From Camelus dromedarius (Eukaryota): a DNA stretch of 64,000 nucleotides. A program made the translations under genes and the position numbers. This document shows, piece after piece, positions 12,186-24,600 of the stretch (position 1 is the stretch's first letter; each line of letters opens with the position of its first letter). The stretch covers positions 50,346,001 to 50,410,000 of the forward strand of contig NC_087447.1 of NCBI RefSeq assembly GCF_036321535.1. Reading direction: 5' to 3'. The notes under the pieces were generated by a model. It was not told the DNA's origin. It did not search any database and worked only from the letters and a program-made list of their open reading frames with translations.

Positions 12186-14523
12186 GTAAGTGGTGTGCAT
12201 CCATTTGTAGTATAGCTGAAGGTAAAAGATGATTATTTTGGGGGGAACCACTTAAATGGATGCGCTCTACTCTGATCTGGTAGAGGAAAGGTAAGCTCTA
12301 AGTGAAAGAAAGACTTTCCTTTTGCAGAATAGAGGGATTTTTTCTCAGAAATGAACAGTTTGACATTGGAAAAATAAGAGTTGTTTAACAAAATGAGTGA
12401 CTGTTTTATGGTGTTCATATGGCCCAGTTAAGGTCACTTCAGCTGTTTTCCAAATGCTCATTCTGTGACCCCCCCCCTTCCATAATCTCCTCCCATCGTA
12501 TCCTTAGCCACACTGAGCTTTTCCTTTGATTTCAAAGCCAGCTTCCTGGCCCTGGCCTTTTGTATTATCCTGCAGTGGATGTTATTTTTCTCTAACTTTC
12601 CTGCACTCCGGAGAATTACCATGAAAAGATTTATAGTATCTTGAATGAGGATTATTTTTAAAGGGTTTTAGTTGATCACTTATTTTTAGTTGATCATCTG
12701 TTAAACTCATTTCATTTTAAATAACTTTAATGTAATAATTATGAAGACTAGTGTGTGCAGCAGAAGTGTTCCACATACTGTGATAACCTCATCAGAAATT
12801 ATATTTATTTTTTTATTTATTTTTCAATGTCATTCATTTCTGATGATGCTTCCATCAATAAAAACTTCATTAAGTTGCTTGCTTTAATATTATTAGTATT
12901 TTTTTTTCTCCTACTCAGTCATATTGTAAATGATTTCAATATTTGTTGTTTTAATATTAACCTCCCTTATTTTCATTTTGGCTGAGCACATATGGAAGAT
13001 TTTATTAACTCATATAATTTAAAGTTTACATATAGGGCATTCTGTAAATACAGTAAGATACTATAGTACATTTATAAAAGAGTACTGGTGATGTTGCCAA
13101 TAATCTCATATCACATGTAGGCATATGTATAGCAATGACAGAAAAACAGCATTTGTGAATATAGATAGAATGTGTTGTAAAAATAAAGTTTGTATGTATT
13201 TCACTGGATAGTTTTAAAGTTCTATAGTTTCAATACATAAGTGGCACTTTTACATTGATTTCTGTGGTGATCATCTTGCCCTTGGGCACTCCACAGTGAC
13301 TTTTCTAAGGATAGGATCTCTACTACTTGAAATTGTAGATCAAGATATATGAGAATTAGAACTACTGATTATTAAGAGAGTTTTGATATTCTCAAAATCC
13401 CTAGCTAATTTTTCAGATTTGTTTTACTCTGTTCCGGATTCAAAAAGTTGATTTCCCAGTAACCATAAGCATTTTTAAAGCTCTATAGAATAAGACTGGT
13501 GAGTGTTCATACTGTTTAAAAAGTTGAAATTGAGGCTGATTAAAAATGATAGGTTGGCATCAGTGTAGATACATAGTTTTATATCTGCATGTAAATGTAA
13601 CTGTAAGTGTATAGGTTACTCCATGGGACCCTTGTAGCAAGAGACTAAGAAGTGGGGTTATTGCCTAAAGTGTACTCTCACTCATTTGTTTCAGATGAGC
13701 TAAAATTTGAGAAGATGAAAACACTGACTTTTCTATTCTTTTGTTAACTTTATTTTAGTATTTAATAATTTAAGGATTATTTTCAATTCATTAGTTTGGT
13801 CCTCTTCTAAGAAATAAATTTTTATCTCAATAAAAAAACAAAAATAAAACCTCTGAATTTTAGAGGTCAATAACAGGGTTTAAGTGACCTCTTCAATTCA
13901 CATAGCTGGTTGGTGGCAGATTGGGACAGAATCTAGGTGTGACTCTTGGTTCAGTTCTCTTTCTGCAGTATCATCTTGACCTCTTAACATCTTTAGGAAC
14001 TGTAAGACTGTGAGACCATGTCACTTCATATAAAGGAATGAATGCTTCTGGTTTTTATATTATATTTGAAACTAGGACCAAGAGATTAAAGAACTTATAT
14101 TGTCTCACTTTCCTTAAAGATGTTAGTCTGGGATTTGATTGCAGAAACTGATTGTGTTGTTACCTTAATGGGGTAAAAGTCATTGGAGATACTCTCCTCA
14201 CAGAGGGCTATAACTTTAAGAGGTTTTTTCCTCCTTTGTGATAGTAGTTTTCACAGTGCTTCCACATACATTTTTCATCTCATCCTTAGAATAGTTCTGT
14301 TACTTCCATTTTACAGATGAGAACACAGAGTCTCAGAGAAGATAAGTGACTTCCTCAGAGTCACACAGCTCATAAATGGGCAGACTCTGGTCTTCTGCTT
14401 CCTAGTTCACAGCACTGCACTTTCTGTCTGTGATGCAATCTCACAGACATTTGTTTAAAATGACTACTGGTTACAGATGCTGTATGATTTCTGGAGAAAT
14501 ATCATTACCTCCTCTATTTTCAG

Positions 14524-14675
14524 TCAGCCATCGCTCCCAGCCCCAGCAGCCCTCCCAGCCCCAGCGGACCCTGCTCCAGCACGTGGCTCAGTCACAGACT
14601 GCAACACAGACTTCGGTGGTGGTGAAGTCCATCCCAGCATCTTCCCCTGGAGCAATCACCCACATTATGCAGCAG
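14524..14675 (+). CDS. EMSY: EMSY coding exon (VSHRSQPQQPSQPQRTLLQHVAQSQTATQTSVVVKSIPASSPGAITHIMQQ)
   Basis: cctctattttcag acceptor and a weak CAG|gttgta donor. 152 nt, phase 1 in / 0 out; overlaps ORF 14430-14729. Confidence 0.93.
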
Positions 14676-16594
14676 GTTGTATCTCTTCTTTTTCTTCTTC
14701 TTCGACCTTCTGTAACTGCCCTTTCCTGAAATAAGATTCAGTTTCATCTCCAATCTTAAGAGGGAAAATAATTGAGTTGAAGAGTGTTTGTGTAGTTCTT
14801 TCATCTGTGAGAAGTGAGTAGAGGAAATGAAATGCCTTAACTCCAGAAAGTAACTAAGAAATAGTATTCTTGGATCTTCTGTGAACTCTTTAACATTTCA
14901 GAAGTGTGAGGCTATTTAGATGAATCTATGACATTAGAATTGGTCACTGTTTCTATGTATTTTATTGTTACAGAAGAACTTATCATTGAGGTAAGATTTT
15001 CAAATGAAATAGAAGTTGGTTTGTTTAGCTGTTTGTCGCTGGGTTTCTTATTTGCTTTACTTTTATAATGCAGCCTCATGGGAACATTATAAATAAGTTG
15101 ACAGATAACTTTTTGACTTCTTTTACTATATGTGACCAATTGAGGAAGAGACTTAATAAGAAGGAGAATGAGTTGATATATAACAGAAAATCTGGTACCA
15201 GGGGTAATAGGGAAAAGGAAAAAATATGTTGATAAGTTGGTTTTGTGTCAGATACTGTGCTTTGAGCTTCAAATATCTTAACTTGTTTAATTCTTGCTAT
15301 GATCCCGCAAGGTGGCTGTATTATCCCTCTTACAAATGAGGAAACTCATGCTCATAGAAGTGAAGTAACTCATTCTGGGTGGCAGAGCTAGGATGTAAAT
15401 CCAAAACATCCTGCCTCTTTTATAAGTGATGTCATAAATAACATATTTAAGCATGACTTATCATTAGTAGCCACATAAATTATTATCACTTGACTGGTAG
15501 TAGTTGACTGTAACTGTAGGCAAATATCGGAAAGACAGTGAAGAAATTGTTGAATTAAAAACCTGTATGTGTTAGGTCATTGTGAGATAGAGGAGGGTTT
15601 CAATTAAATCTCATAAAGTTTTAAACTTTAGAGTAGATGTGTAGCATTCAACAAGGTAGTGGGAAAGATGGAGTTGGGGTGGATCTTGTGTCACTGAGGG
15701 AAGCCAGATGGCCAGAGGTTTTGCTGGGTGTCAGATCTCAGCCTGGAGTTTGGCTCTTATCTGGCCGTCCTGATGTTGACCCTTCTCAAGACACCCAGAC
15801 AGGTCAGGCCACTGGCCCTAACCATGTCACTCAGATCGCTGCCTCCTCCCAACACTACTATAGCCAATACCAGGCACATCTCCCTTTCTACTGACAGGAG
15901 CCTTCTTGCCCCCTCCCCAGTCTCCTTCCCTCCTGGGAGCCAGGTGTCCGGGGTCCTGTTGCCTAGTGGGCCTGGAATCCAGGCAGAGGGCAGGGAGGGC
16001 TGATTCAGAGGACTGTTCACTCAGACCTCAGTGAAGCCTGGCAAAGTGTCTCCACCCTGAGCAGAGAGGCCCTCTGCTGCGGGACTGGGGTGGGCACGGC
16101 CCTCAGACAACTCCTCTCTTCTGGACCGTGCTAGACGGGCACACGGCCGAAGTGGGCTGCTCCAAACCTTGGCCTTTCTCTGGACGCCTCACTCCTGGGT
16201 TGCTGCGCTCTTTCCTTGGACGGGTGAGCACTTCTGATGACCAGGCCAGAGAGCTATGTCCTGAGCCTGGGAGCCTTTTCTTTTTCTAGTTGGGCTGTGC
16301 TTGCAGGGCATCCCTGTTCCTCTTACATACAAGTTCTGGGCCTTCTAGGACTTTTCTTATTGACGTGAGTAGGCTAGTTTTTGCAGTACTTGATGTCTAA
16401 CAGTTGAAATTATAAGGGTCTCAATCTAAAGCCCTCTTTAGATTTAGAAACCTTGAGGTTTTTTGGTCATAAAGGCGCTCCCTTCTGAAAATTTTTGAAT
16501 GGTACTCATAATCACGTCTTTTCCAGTTTGAGGAAAATGTAGCAATGTAGGTGTTTTTCTTATTTCATTCTTACTTTGTGCCTTTTTTACTCAG

Positions 16595-17158
16595 GCATTA
16601 AGCAGTCACACTGCTTTTACCAAACACAGCGAGGAACTTGGAACTGAGGAGGGCGAGGTTGAAGAGATGGACACTTTAGACCCTCAGACAGGTCTGTTTT
16701 ATCGATCTGCCCTGACTCAGTCACAGTCAGCTAAACAGCAGAAACTTAGCCAGCCACAGCTGGAACAGACTCAGCTGCAAGTGAAAACTCTGCAGTGCTT
16801 CCAGACTAAACAGAAGCAGACCATCCACCTGCAGGCAGACCAGCTCCAGCACAAACTCCCGCAAATGCCCCAGCTTTCCATCAGGCATCAAAAGCTCACC
16901 CCTCTCCAGCAAGAACAAGCACAGCCCAAGCCAGATGCACAGCACACGCAGCATCCCATGGCGGCCAGAGACAGGCCGCTTCCTACCTTAATGGCACAGC
17001 CCCCGCAGACTGTAGTACAGGTGCTTGCGGTGAAAACCACGCAGCAGCTCCCTAAACTGCAGCAGGCTCCGAACCAACCAAAAATCTACGTGCAGCCCCA
17101 AACCCCCCAGGGCCAAATGCCGCTCCCAGCCTCGTCCGAGAAACAGCCGGCAAGCCAG
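16595..17158 (+). CDS. EMSY: EMSY Gln-rich coding exon (ALSSHTAFTKHSEELGTEEGEVEEMDTLDPQ...SSEKQPASQ)
   Basis: ccttttttactcag acceptor and CAG|gtaacg donor. 564 nt (188 codons); overlaps ORF 16667-17173 in the same frame. Confidence 0.96.
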
Positions 17159-18126
17159 GTAACGGAATATTGATAGCATGCAAAGTTAAACTTCTCTGTT
17201 CACGGAAAAAATGAGAACATCACGACCCTATCGTGATGAGCAGTGCATTCTCCTGGCAAGAGGAAACTCAAAAGCCTCATTACGCTGGTTTTACTTTATC
17301 CTGTCAGAAGGTTGACGTTAGGGAAGAAATGCACGCATTAACATAGGAAGAACAAAATAGCGCTCAGAACTTGGTTTCCCAGGCAGTTTTTAATGATGTC
17401 ACTTCAGCATTGATCAACAGTGCATAGAAACAATATCCCTAAATTATTTTTACTTTTTAAGTATAAAATATTTATGTCCATGCCTATAAACTCTTACTTC
17501 TGTGGTATTAATGCAAAGTAAACTACAGTCTTTTAAGGAACCTCATTGAACATCTTTGTAGTTTACATCATCACCATTTGGTTAATTTATCTTCTAGATT
17601 TATTTTCTAGATTGCAAAGGAATTATCTGTGGATATTGAAAAGAAAAATTACATTAGGGAAAGTCAGTGGCTTTGGAGTGATGTATGTATGTATGTGTGT
17701 ATTATAAATACATATATATAGAATATGTTTGTATAAATGTATTTTGAAGCAAAAGATTGGAAAAAAAAACCCTACTTTTTATTTTAAAAAGCTGAAGATC
17801 ATATGAAATAATTTGAGACGGGTTGAAGGTGTACTATGTGGGGATGTAAATCCCAAAGGAAAACAAGGCTGCTGTGACTTTTTTTTTCCTTTACTGCTAT
17901 GAACCTTGGCTGGCTGAACAAAGGTTCTTTCAACCCTTCCTCTTTCCCTAGGTTTCTTAAAGTAACCAGATACTTTCCCATCCAACCCTCTTGTTAAAAC
18001 ACCGAGCTTCAAAATGTCTTCCTAGTATACCGCACAAATGTTTCTTTTGCCATATTGTCTGGGGTATTTGATAGGTTTTTTCAAAGAGATGTAGCTGTAA
18101 CACACACAACCCCAATTTGTTTTCAG

Positions 18127-18627
18127 GTGGAGCAGCCAATTATAACCCAAGGATCCTCTGTTACAAAGATAACTTTTGAGGGGCGCCAGCCTCCCACAGT
18201 TACAAAGATAACTGGTGGCAGTTCTGTGCCTAAGTTGACATCACCAGTTACAAGCATATCTCCCATTCAGGCCTCTGAGAAGACAGCAGTGTCAGACATT
18301 TTGAAAATGTCTTTGATGGAAGCTCAGATTGATACAAATGTAGAGCATATAGTAGTGGATCCCCCAAAGAAGGCTCTTGCCACTAGTATGCTCACTGGTG
18401 AAGCAGGATCATTACCCTCTACCCATGTGGTGGTGGCAGGGATGGCGAATTCCACTCCCCAGCAACAGAAATGTAGAGAGTCCTGTTCGAGTCCATCTGC
18501 TGTTGGCCCTCCCCTAACGACAAGGAAAATCGATGCACCAGGAGTGCCTACGACAGGCCAGTTCATGCGTATTCAGAATGTAGGCCAAAAGAAAGCTGAA
18601 GAGAGCCCAGCAGAAATTATCATCCAG
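18127..18627 (+). CDS. EMSY: EMSY penultimate coding exon (VEQPIITQGSSVTKITFEGRQPPTVTKITGG...KKAEESPAEIIIQ)
   Basis: ttgttttcag acceptor and CAG|gtaaga donor. 501 nt (167 codons), inside ORF 18055-18741. Confidence 0.96.
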
Positions 18628-19641
18628 GTAAGAATTGGAAGGCACATGAGAAATCTTGGGCATCTTGGGGGTTGTGGGTTTGGCATGTTTTGGGATGTCA
18701 CAGGAAGAGTCAAGCCAAGATGGCAAAGAAATTATCTCTGAGACAAATTTGGTTAACTACCTACTACAAATATACAAATTTATATTTATTTTCTGGAAGA
18801 CAGTCCTAGAAAATTGATGGATATTGTCACATAGCACAACTTAGAGGCAATCAGGGCCCTGAGCCATGTGTCCACTTGATTCATAGATGCAAGCCACACT
18901 TGCCAGAATTGCCTCAGCAAGTCAGCCTAGAAGATCAACAACTTCCCAGGTCAAACTTCGGGCTCCCCAATCTTTGCTCGAAGGATGTAACTGGATTGTA
19001 CTCCTGGGGTATAATTGGATTGTACTCCTATTTCAAGTTAATTTCAAGGACCCTTTCCTTGCAAAAACACAGTTCTTGATCTTGATCCAAATTTATGGTT
19101 TCAGGACATAAAATCTTAATTAACTGAAATGTCTGGAGAAACACGTTGTAAGAGAATGTTTCTTAGTAATTTAACTTTATATCTAATTTGGGATTAACGG
19201 TAAAGCTTTGCTTTTTATTTCAATCATTGTTGTTATTGAAAAATCTTGTTATGGTTACTGTCTTGCCTTGGTAAGTACAGGCTAGTGAACATAATGGATT
19301 ATTCATTGACAGTAGATCTTCCTGTGCCTCACATTCCCTTCATTCTAAAGCTCATCTGTCATCATGCATAACAGATCCAGACTGAGGAGTTACTGGATGC
19401 AGTCTAGCTTGTAGAAGCTGTGTGTTATTTCCCTCTCTCCTTGCAGGGTATCAGGTTGTTTTCTTGACATTTTTCGTTTTTACTTGGAAGATATCAGAGA
19501 GCAGCACATTTTAGTTAATTGAGAATTTAGATTTATCGAAATGTGGATAGTCTAGTATTTACCATAGACTCACTGTTGTGTGACTTAGAAGTTCCTGTAG
19601 TAAATTTTGCCTTTCCTGTGATGCAGAGGCTTGAGAGAAAG

Positions 19642-19719
19642 CAAACTGGCCACTATTAATCCAAATACGATATAACTAAGCAAATTGGCCACTATTAACC
19701 CAAATACGATATAACTAAG
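19642..19719. repeat. 39-bp tandem duplication
   Basis: caaa(c/t)tggccactattaa(t/c)ccaaatacgatataactaag occurs twice with 2 mismatches. Confidence 0.95.
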
Positions 19720-19879
19720 TATATAATGCTTGAATGGAAATAGATCTGCACATTGAATTATTCAAATAATTTGTTCCTTCCTGTAAAAACAAATGTTAGT
19801 GAACTAAATAATCCTTGGGCAAAGAAATTAGTTATACTTTTAGTGGTAGCGTCTGCTGGAAAAGGAATAGTTTTCATGG

Positions 19880-20070
19880 CTTTGCCATTCACTGTGTGAC
19901 TTTGGGCAAGACTACTTAACCTCACTGTGCCTTAGTTTCCTCATCAGTAAAATGGGAAAAGGAAGCCTACTTTACATGATTGACATAAGGATTACACAAA
20001 ATTTAGATGAAGCACCTAGCACAGTACCTGGCTTGTAGTGATTGCCCAATGAATAGTAGCTATTACTATC
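19880..20070 (+). mobile_element. MIR SINE (representative; similar copies at approx. 8390, 14280, 15260, 20310, 22190, 43360, 50570, 57490)
   Basis: MIR core 'tgtgtgactttgggcaag..acttaacctcactgtgccttagtttcctcatcagtaaaatggg'. Confidence 0.8.
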
Positions 20071-21329
20071 TTTCCTAAAATTTACTGTCACTACTAGGAG
20101 TTTAAATTGGTATACTCACTGAATTGAAAACAATTTTGAATAGCTTATTTGGAAATTATTTTCTGTACTTTATGAACAGGGATGAAAATATAATTTGCGT
20201 CATGCATCAAGGATGATAGATGATAGCTAACGAGTAGGTCCTCTACATAATACTCAGCTAACGTTTAGCTTGTACCATGTGCTGGGTTGCTGTGTCAGAG
20301 GGAAGGGCAGCATAGTGATTAAGAGCCAAGCTTTTGGAGTCAGAAATACCTAGATTTGAATTTCACCTGTACTCATTATCCGTATCATGGCTTTGAGCAA
20401 CAGAATTAACCTCTGTCCTCAGTTTCAATACGTGTGATGAAATGGAAACAATAACACTTACCTTACAACGTTGTTTTGAGGATTGAGCAAATGTATATAA
20501 AGCAACTGATTAAGTGTCTGATATAGAGTAATACTCAATAAAGATATCTCCTGTTATTATAATCATCATTAATATATTATTATAACATTTTCAGGTCTCA
20601 TTAGTTACCCTTAGCTTTGACCCAAAGTATTGATTTTACTGATTCAGTAAAATACCTATTGGCATGAGTGAAGGAAGTCTGTAGGAGTTCTTTGATTTCC
20701 TTGAAAAATGTTTGTAAAAATTCAGCATGTTTGATATTAAATGCTTTGAGTGAAAAGCATTGTTCTTTGTAGACAGATAACCTGTTTCTTTCATTCATTC
20801 ATTCATTCATTCCACGTGTATTATTTAACCTCTGTGTTCTAGGCACTGTGCTAGGTGTGAAGATAGAGGAGTAAACAAAATGAATGTATCTTCTATTTTG
20901 AAGGAGCCAATGTATGTGGAATTCATAGAATTTTAGAACTGCAAAGATCTTTAAAGCATATCTTCTCTAATTATCTTATTTTATACAAGATTAAACTAAA
21001 GCTCAAGAAAGTGAAGTAACTTATTCAGAGGTCCACAGCAAGTCAGCCAGAGCTGAACTAAAATCCTGACCCCACATAAGACTTTTTCACAGTGACCAGC
21101 TATATGAATCAAGGGTGGGAGGATGAGAGAAGACAAACAAAGAAACAAAAAACTTCACCACCCTAAAGTCAATGCCTAGGCATCTTACTCTATTTTCTTG
21201 ATAGTATTAAAATTAAATTTGCATCTCCCCCAATAGAAGGTTGTTATGGTTAGTTATATTTTCAAAGTGCTGCTATTCAGCTCTACTCTGGGGTTTTTTA
21301 TGTTTAAGATACATTATTCATTTGGCAGA

Positions 21330-21830
21330 TAATTTATTTGAGCATCTAATGTGTGCCAGGTACTATTCAAAGCTCTGGGCATCTAGATAGTGAAGATCTG
21401 TGCTCTGGTCCATACTCTCTTGGAGCTTAAATTCTAAGGGCGAGAAAAAAGTTAACAAAGAGGTGATAAAGATGAAGAAAATGTAACAACATAATAGAAA
21501 TTGTGGGTAAGAGATGGGTCTGACCCAGTACTCTGATTTCATGGACATAGAAAGAAGGCCCTGTCAAAGCCTTTTATTCTAAGTGTTTGAGCTAAGATGC
21601 AGATGACAAGATGGAGCCAGCCATGTAAAGATTTAGAGGAAGAGTATTCCAGGAAGAGAGGAAGAACTACAGCAAAGGCCCTGGGGTACACAAGTGAGTT
21701 TGGCATAAAGACTGGAGCCATGGTAAGGAGTTTGATTTTATAGCAAGCACAATAGGAAACAATTGTAAAATTTTAAGCAGGGGTATGATGTGAACTGATC
21801 TACCTTTTAAGAAGGTATCTAATAAAATTG
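21330..21830 (-). mobile_element. L2 LINE 3' fragment
   Basis: 'atttatttgagcatctaatgtgtgccagg' and 'attccaggaagag..aactacagcaaaggccctggg' are L2 motifs. Confidence 0.7.
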
Positions 21831-22475
21831 AGAAAGAAAAATCTGACAAGGCAATATGGCCAAAATATGTATTTATCTATTGGTATTTTTATTGTTTAAA
21901 AGGTAGTTCTGTCCTCTCTTATTTTTAATAACGATTGTTACTATGTGACCCAAACTAATAACTTCCCATTTGAGCTACCAAAGGACTTAAAATATATTGT
22001 GGTATCAGTAGATTAATCATTCATCTCGCAAATGATGAGCAAAATCTGATTACATACACGTTTAAAATTTGCTCAGTGACCAAATGAAAATGTGCTCAAA
22101 ATTCTGTCTCTTGAATAGGCACAGACTTCAGCCTCCTTTGTTAGAAGAGGAACCATCACGGAGTGGAAAGATCACTTTGAGTGGTAGAGCACTTTGCTTT
22201 GAATCCTGGAGTGAACCCTGACCATCTGTGTGACCTTGATTAAGTCACTTACCATCTTCGTTTCCTCATTTGTAAAATGGAAATATTTTCTATACTTCCA
22301 GTGTTGTTATGGCAGTTTAGTAGAATATCATAGGTGAAAGCATCTAGCACAGTGCCTGGCGTCTAGTAGATGTCCAATAAATGTCAGTGTCCTTTTTGCC
22401 TTCCTTAATTGTTTCCTTCTGTTACTTTTTTTTTTTTTTAACCATAAAGCTTCTCTCCTGTGTCTTCTCTTCCAG

Positions 22476-22670
22476 GCCATTCCCCAGTATGCTATTCCTT
22501 GTCACTCCAGCTCCAACGTGGTCGTAGAGCCCAGCGGGCTCCTTGAGCTAAACAACTTCACCAGTCAGCAATTGGATGACGATGAGACAGCAGTGGAGCA
22601 GGACATAGACAGTAGCACAGAGGATGGAACCGAACCCAGCCCCTCTCAGAGTTCTGCTGAAAGGTCCTAG
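22476..22670 (+). CDS. EMSY: EMSY terminal coding exon (AIPQYAIPCHSSSNVVVEPSGLLELNNFTSQQLDDDETAVEQDIDSSTEDGTEPSPSQSSAERS*)
   Basis: Long pyrimidine tract plus tccag acceptor; 64 codons then TAG at 22668-22670. The C-terminus matches recalled EMSY. Confidence 0.96.
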   Translation, partial: AIPQYAIPCHSSSNVVVEPSGLLELNNFTSQQLDDDETAVEQDIDSSTEDGTEPSPSQSSAERS

Positions 22671-24600
22671 TGTTTTGGACACAAGAGTGCACTTTAAAAC
22701 CTACTTGGTTACCAAGTGTCCAGGGAAGCCCTTGTATTTTGATGTCTGAAGAGAGCACTTTGCCCATGCTTAAGTTGTGGACCCTGAAACAACAGTGTTT
22801 CAAGAAGAATTGCTGCAGGAGTAGCATTTTAAAATAAGATAAAACTCACAGGGGAATGTACTTTAAAAAAAAAAAAAAAGAAAGAAAGAAAAAGATGCAC
22901 ATCTACAGTGACATAAGACCTGGTATTCTTTCTCTCTGTTGGACCATGACTGATGGAAAAGTTTGTCTCGCAGTGGAAAGAGACTTTTCCTGTGAATGTT
23001 CCTCACCTGGTTTCTACTGAGCAAAACACCATCAAAAAAAAGGGGAATGTGAATAGTTTGTATTTTGAAACTCTGTCAGGAAGTTTTGTTTGTTTTTTTT
23101 TAATCTTACATGTTTTTGCAAATCCCTGGAAGTGCTGAATTGGTTAACATTTTACATCTGCTCAGTTCTTATTTTATAAAATAGCTAGAGAAATACTGGC
23201 ATTAAAGAATCCTTGTTGGATGGTGGAAATCAGATCCCTAACCAGTGGGAAGTGCTTTTTGGGTGGCTTGTACATTCTTACCAATTGTATGCTAATTTAT
23301 TGTGTTTTGTTCCTTTGTGCTCTAGGCAGCACACTTGCCTTCTATTTATTTAAATGTAAACATTTCAAAGCAGGCCATATTTCTTCTGACAAATTTCCTG
23401 TAAACCAGGATTGCCTACCCTTTCCACCTCCCACCCTCCCTCTTCTGTAAAACTTACAAGAAAATGTTTCATTGTGAAACAAAGGAAAAGAAACATTTTC
23501 TGGCCCAAAGGAAATGTTCAGTTATGTTCAGGAAAACAAATTATTCATATGATACTATTTTAACATTGAAATTGCACATTCATGTTGGACTGAGACTTTG
23601 AAAATAACTTTAACATACTTTTGTTTAACCCCCTTTGAAATGTATAAAAAGTTCATTTACAGTTCTAAATGTAATGTTTTTAAGCATTCTACCTTTTTTA
23701 GGACACAATTTGTTTAAGCAGTTATGTTTGGGTCTTGTGATCACTGTCTGTCACAAGTAGAGTGAAGGGTAAAAGGGTGGGAGGGTAAGAGTCAGTTTTG
23801 ACAAGTTGTGGCAAAGGAAACTATACTTTTCATTTTTTAAAAAATGTAAATAGAAAAGTTTTTAACGGTTTTATATAGATTTCACTATAAATAAGCATTT
23901 TAAGACTGACAAATGTTGAACTGTACATACATGTATCAGCATAACTGCCCAATTTTTTGGTGCTGAAGTACTGTAAGTAGAATTCATCAACAGTCTCCTA
24001 ATTTTTGCATCTATATCTGGAAAAAAAAACTGTGATCAATAGCTAATAAATTCCCACTCGAGTGACACTGAAGATTTAAACACAAGCATTCACGATATGC
24101 GCTGATCTCTGGTAGTGTCGTCATTTCTCCTAGGTGATGATGACTTATACCCATAGATGGAGCTGTTGGATATTATTTTATTGTACAAATTCATGTTTAA
24201 AAGACTTTGTGACTGTTTCTAGTTAAGTAATTTTTTTAACCTCTCGGGTCGTAGACTTCTTAATCTGATTATTATGAACTCACACCAAAAAGATACACAT
24301 GCCAATATACATGTTAGGTTTCGCATACATTTTTAGGTGTTCATGGGCCTCTAAGCCTATACATGTATTCCAGGTTAAGCCCTCTGTTATGGTCAATTCA
24401 TTACTTACAGATGTAAGTTTTTATAAAATAAAATACCTTTTAAATATTCGTTGATCAGGTAACAAGAACAACCTTGAATAAAGTTATTATGTTCTACTTC
24501 TGCATATTCTGGCCCCATAGCACACCTGTGTCCCTTTGAGAATTTAGCCTTAATATGTTTCATTAACTGAAATGGCAAATAAAACTTCCATAGTCTACAT
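22671..24600 (+). other. EMSY: EMSY 3' UTR (end approximate)
   Basis: Repeat-poor, AT-rich sequence after the stop. ATTAAA at 23201; AATAAA at 24045, 24427, 24477 and 24578. L2-like sequence resumes at about 24690. Confidence 0.8.
24045..24583 (+). terminator. Cluster of polyadenylation signals (AATAAA at 24045, 24427, 24477, 24578)
   Basis: Canonical hexamers seen directly, with a T-rich downstream element after 24600. Which signal is used cannot be determined from sequence. Confidence 0.65.

Noticed and set aside
18628..18741. ORF extension past the donor of the 501-nt exon
   Set aside because: A strong CAG|gtaaga donor and an in-frame terminal exon explain the gene; the extension looks like ordinary intron.
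19642..19719. CRISPR-like repeat
   Set aside because: There are only two adjacent copies with no spacers, in a mammalian intron.
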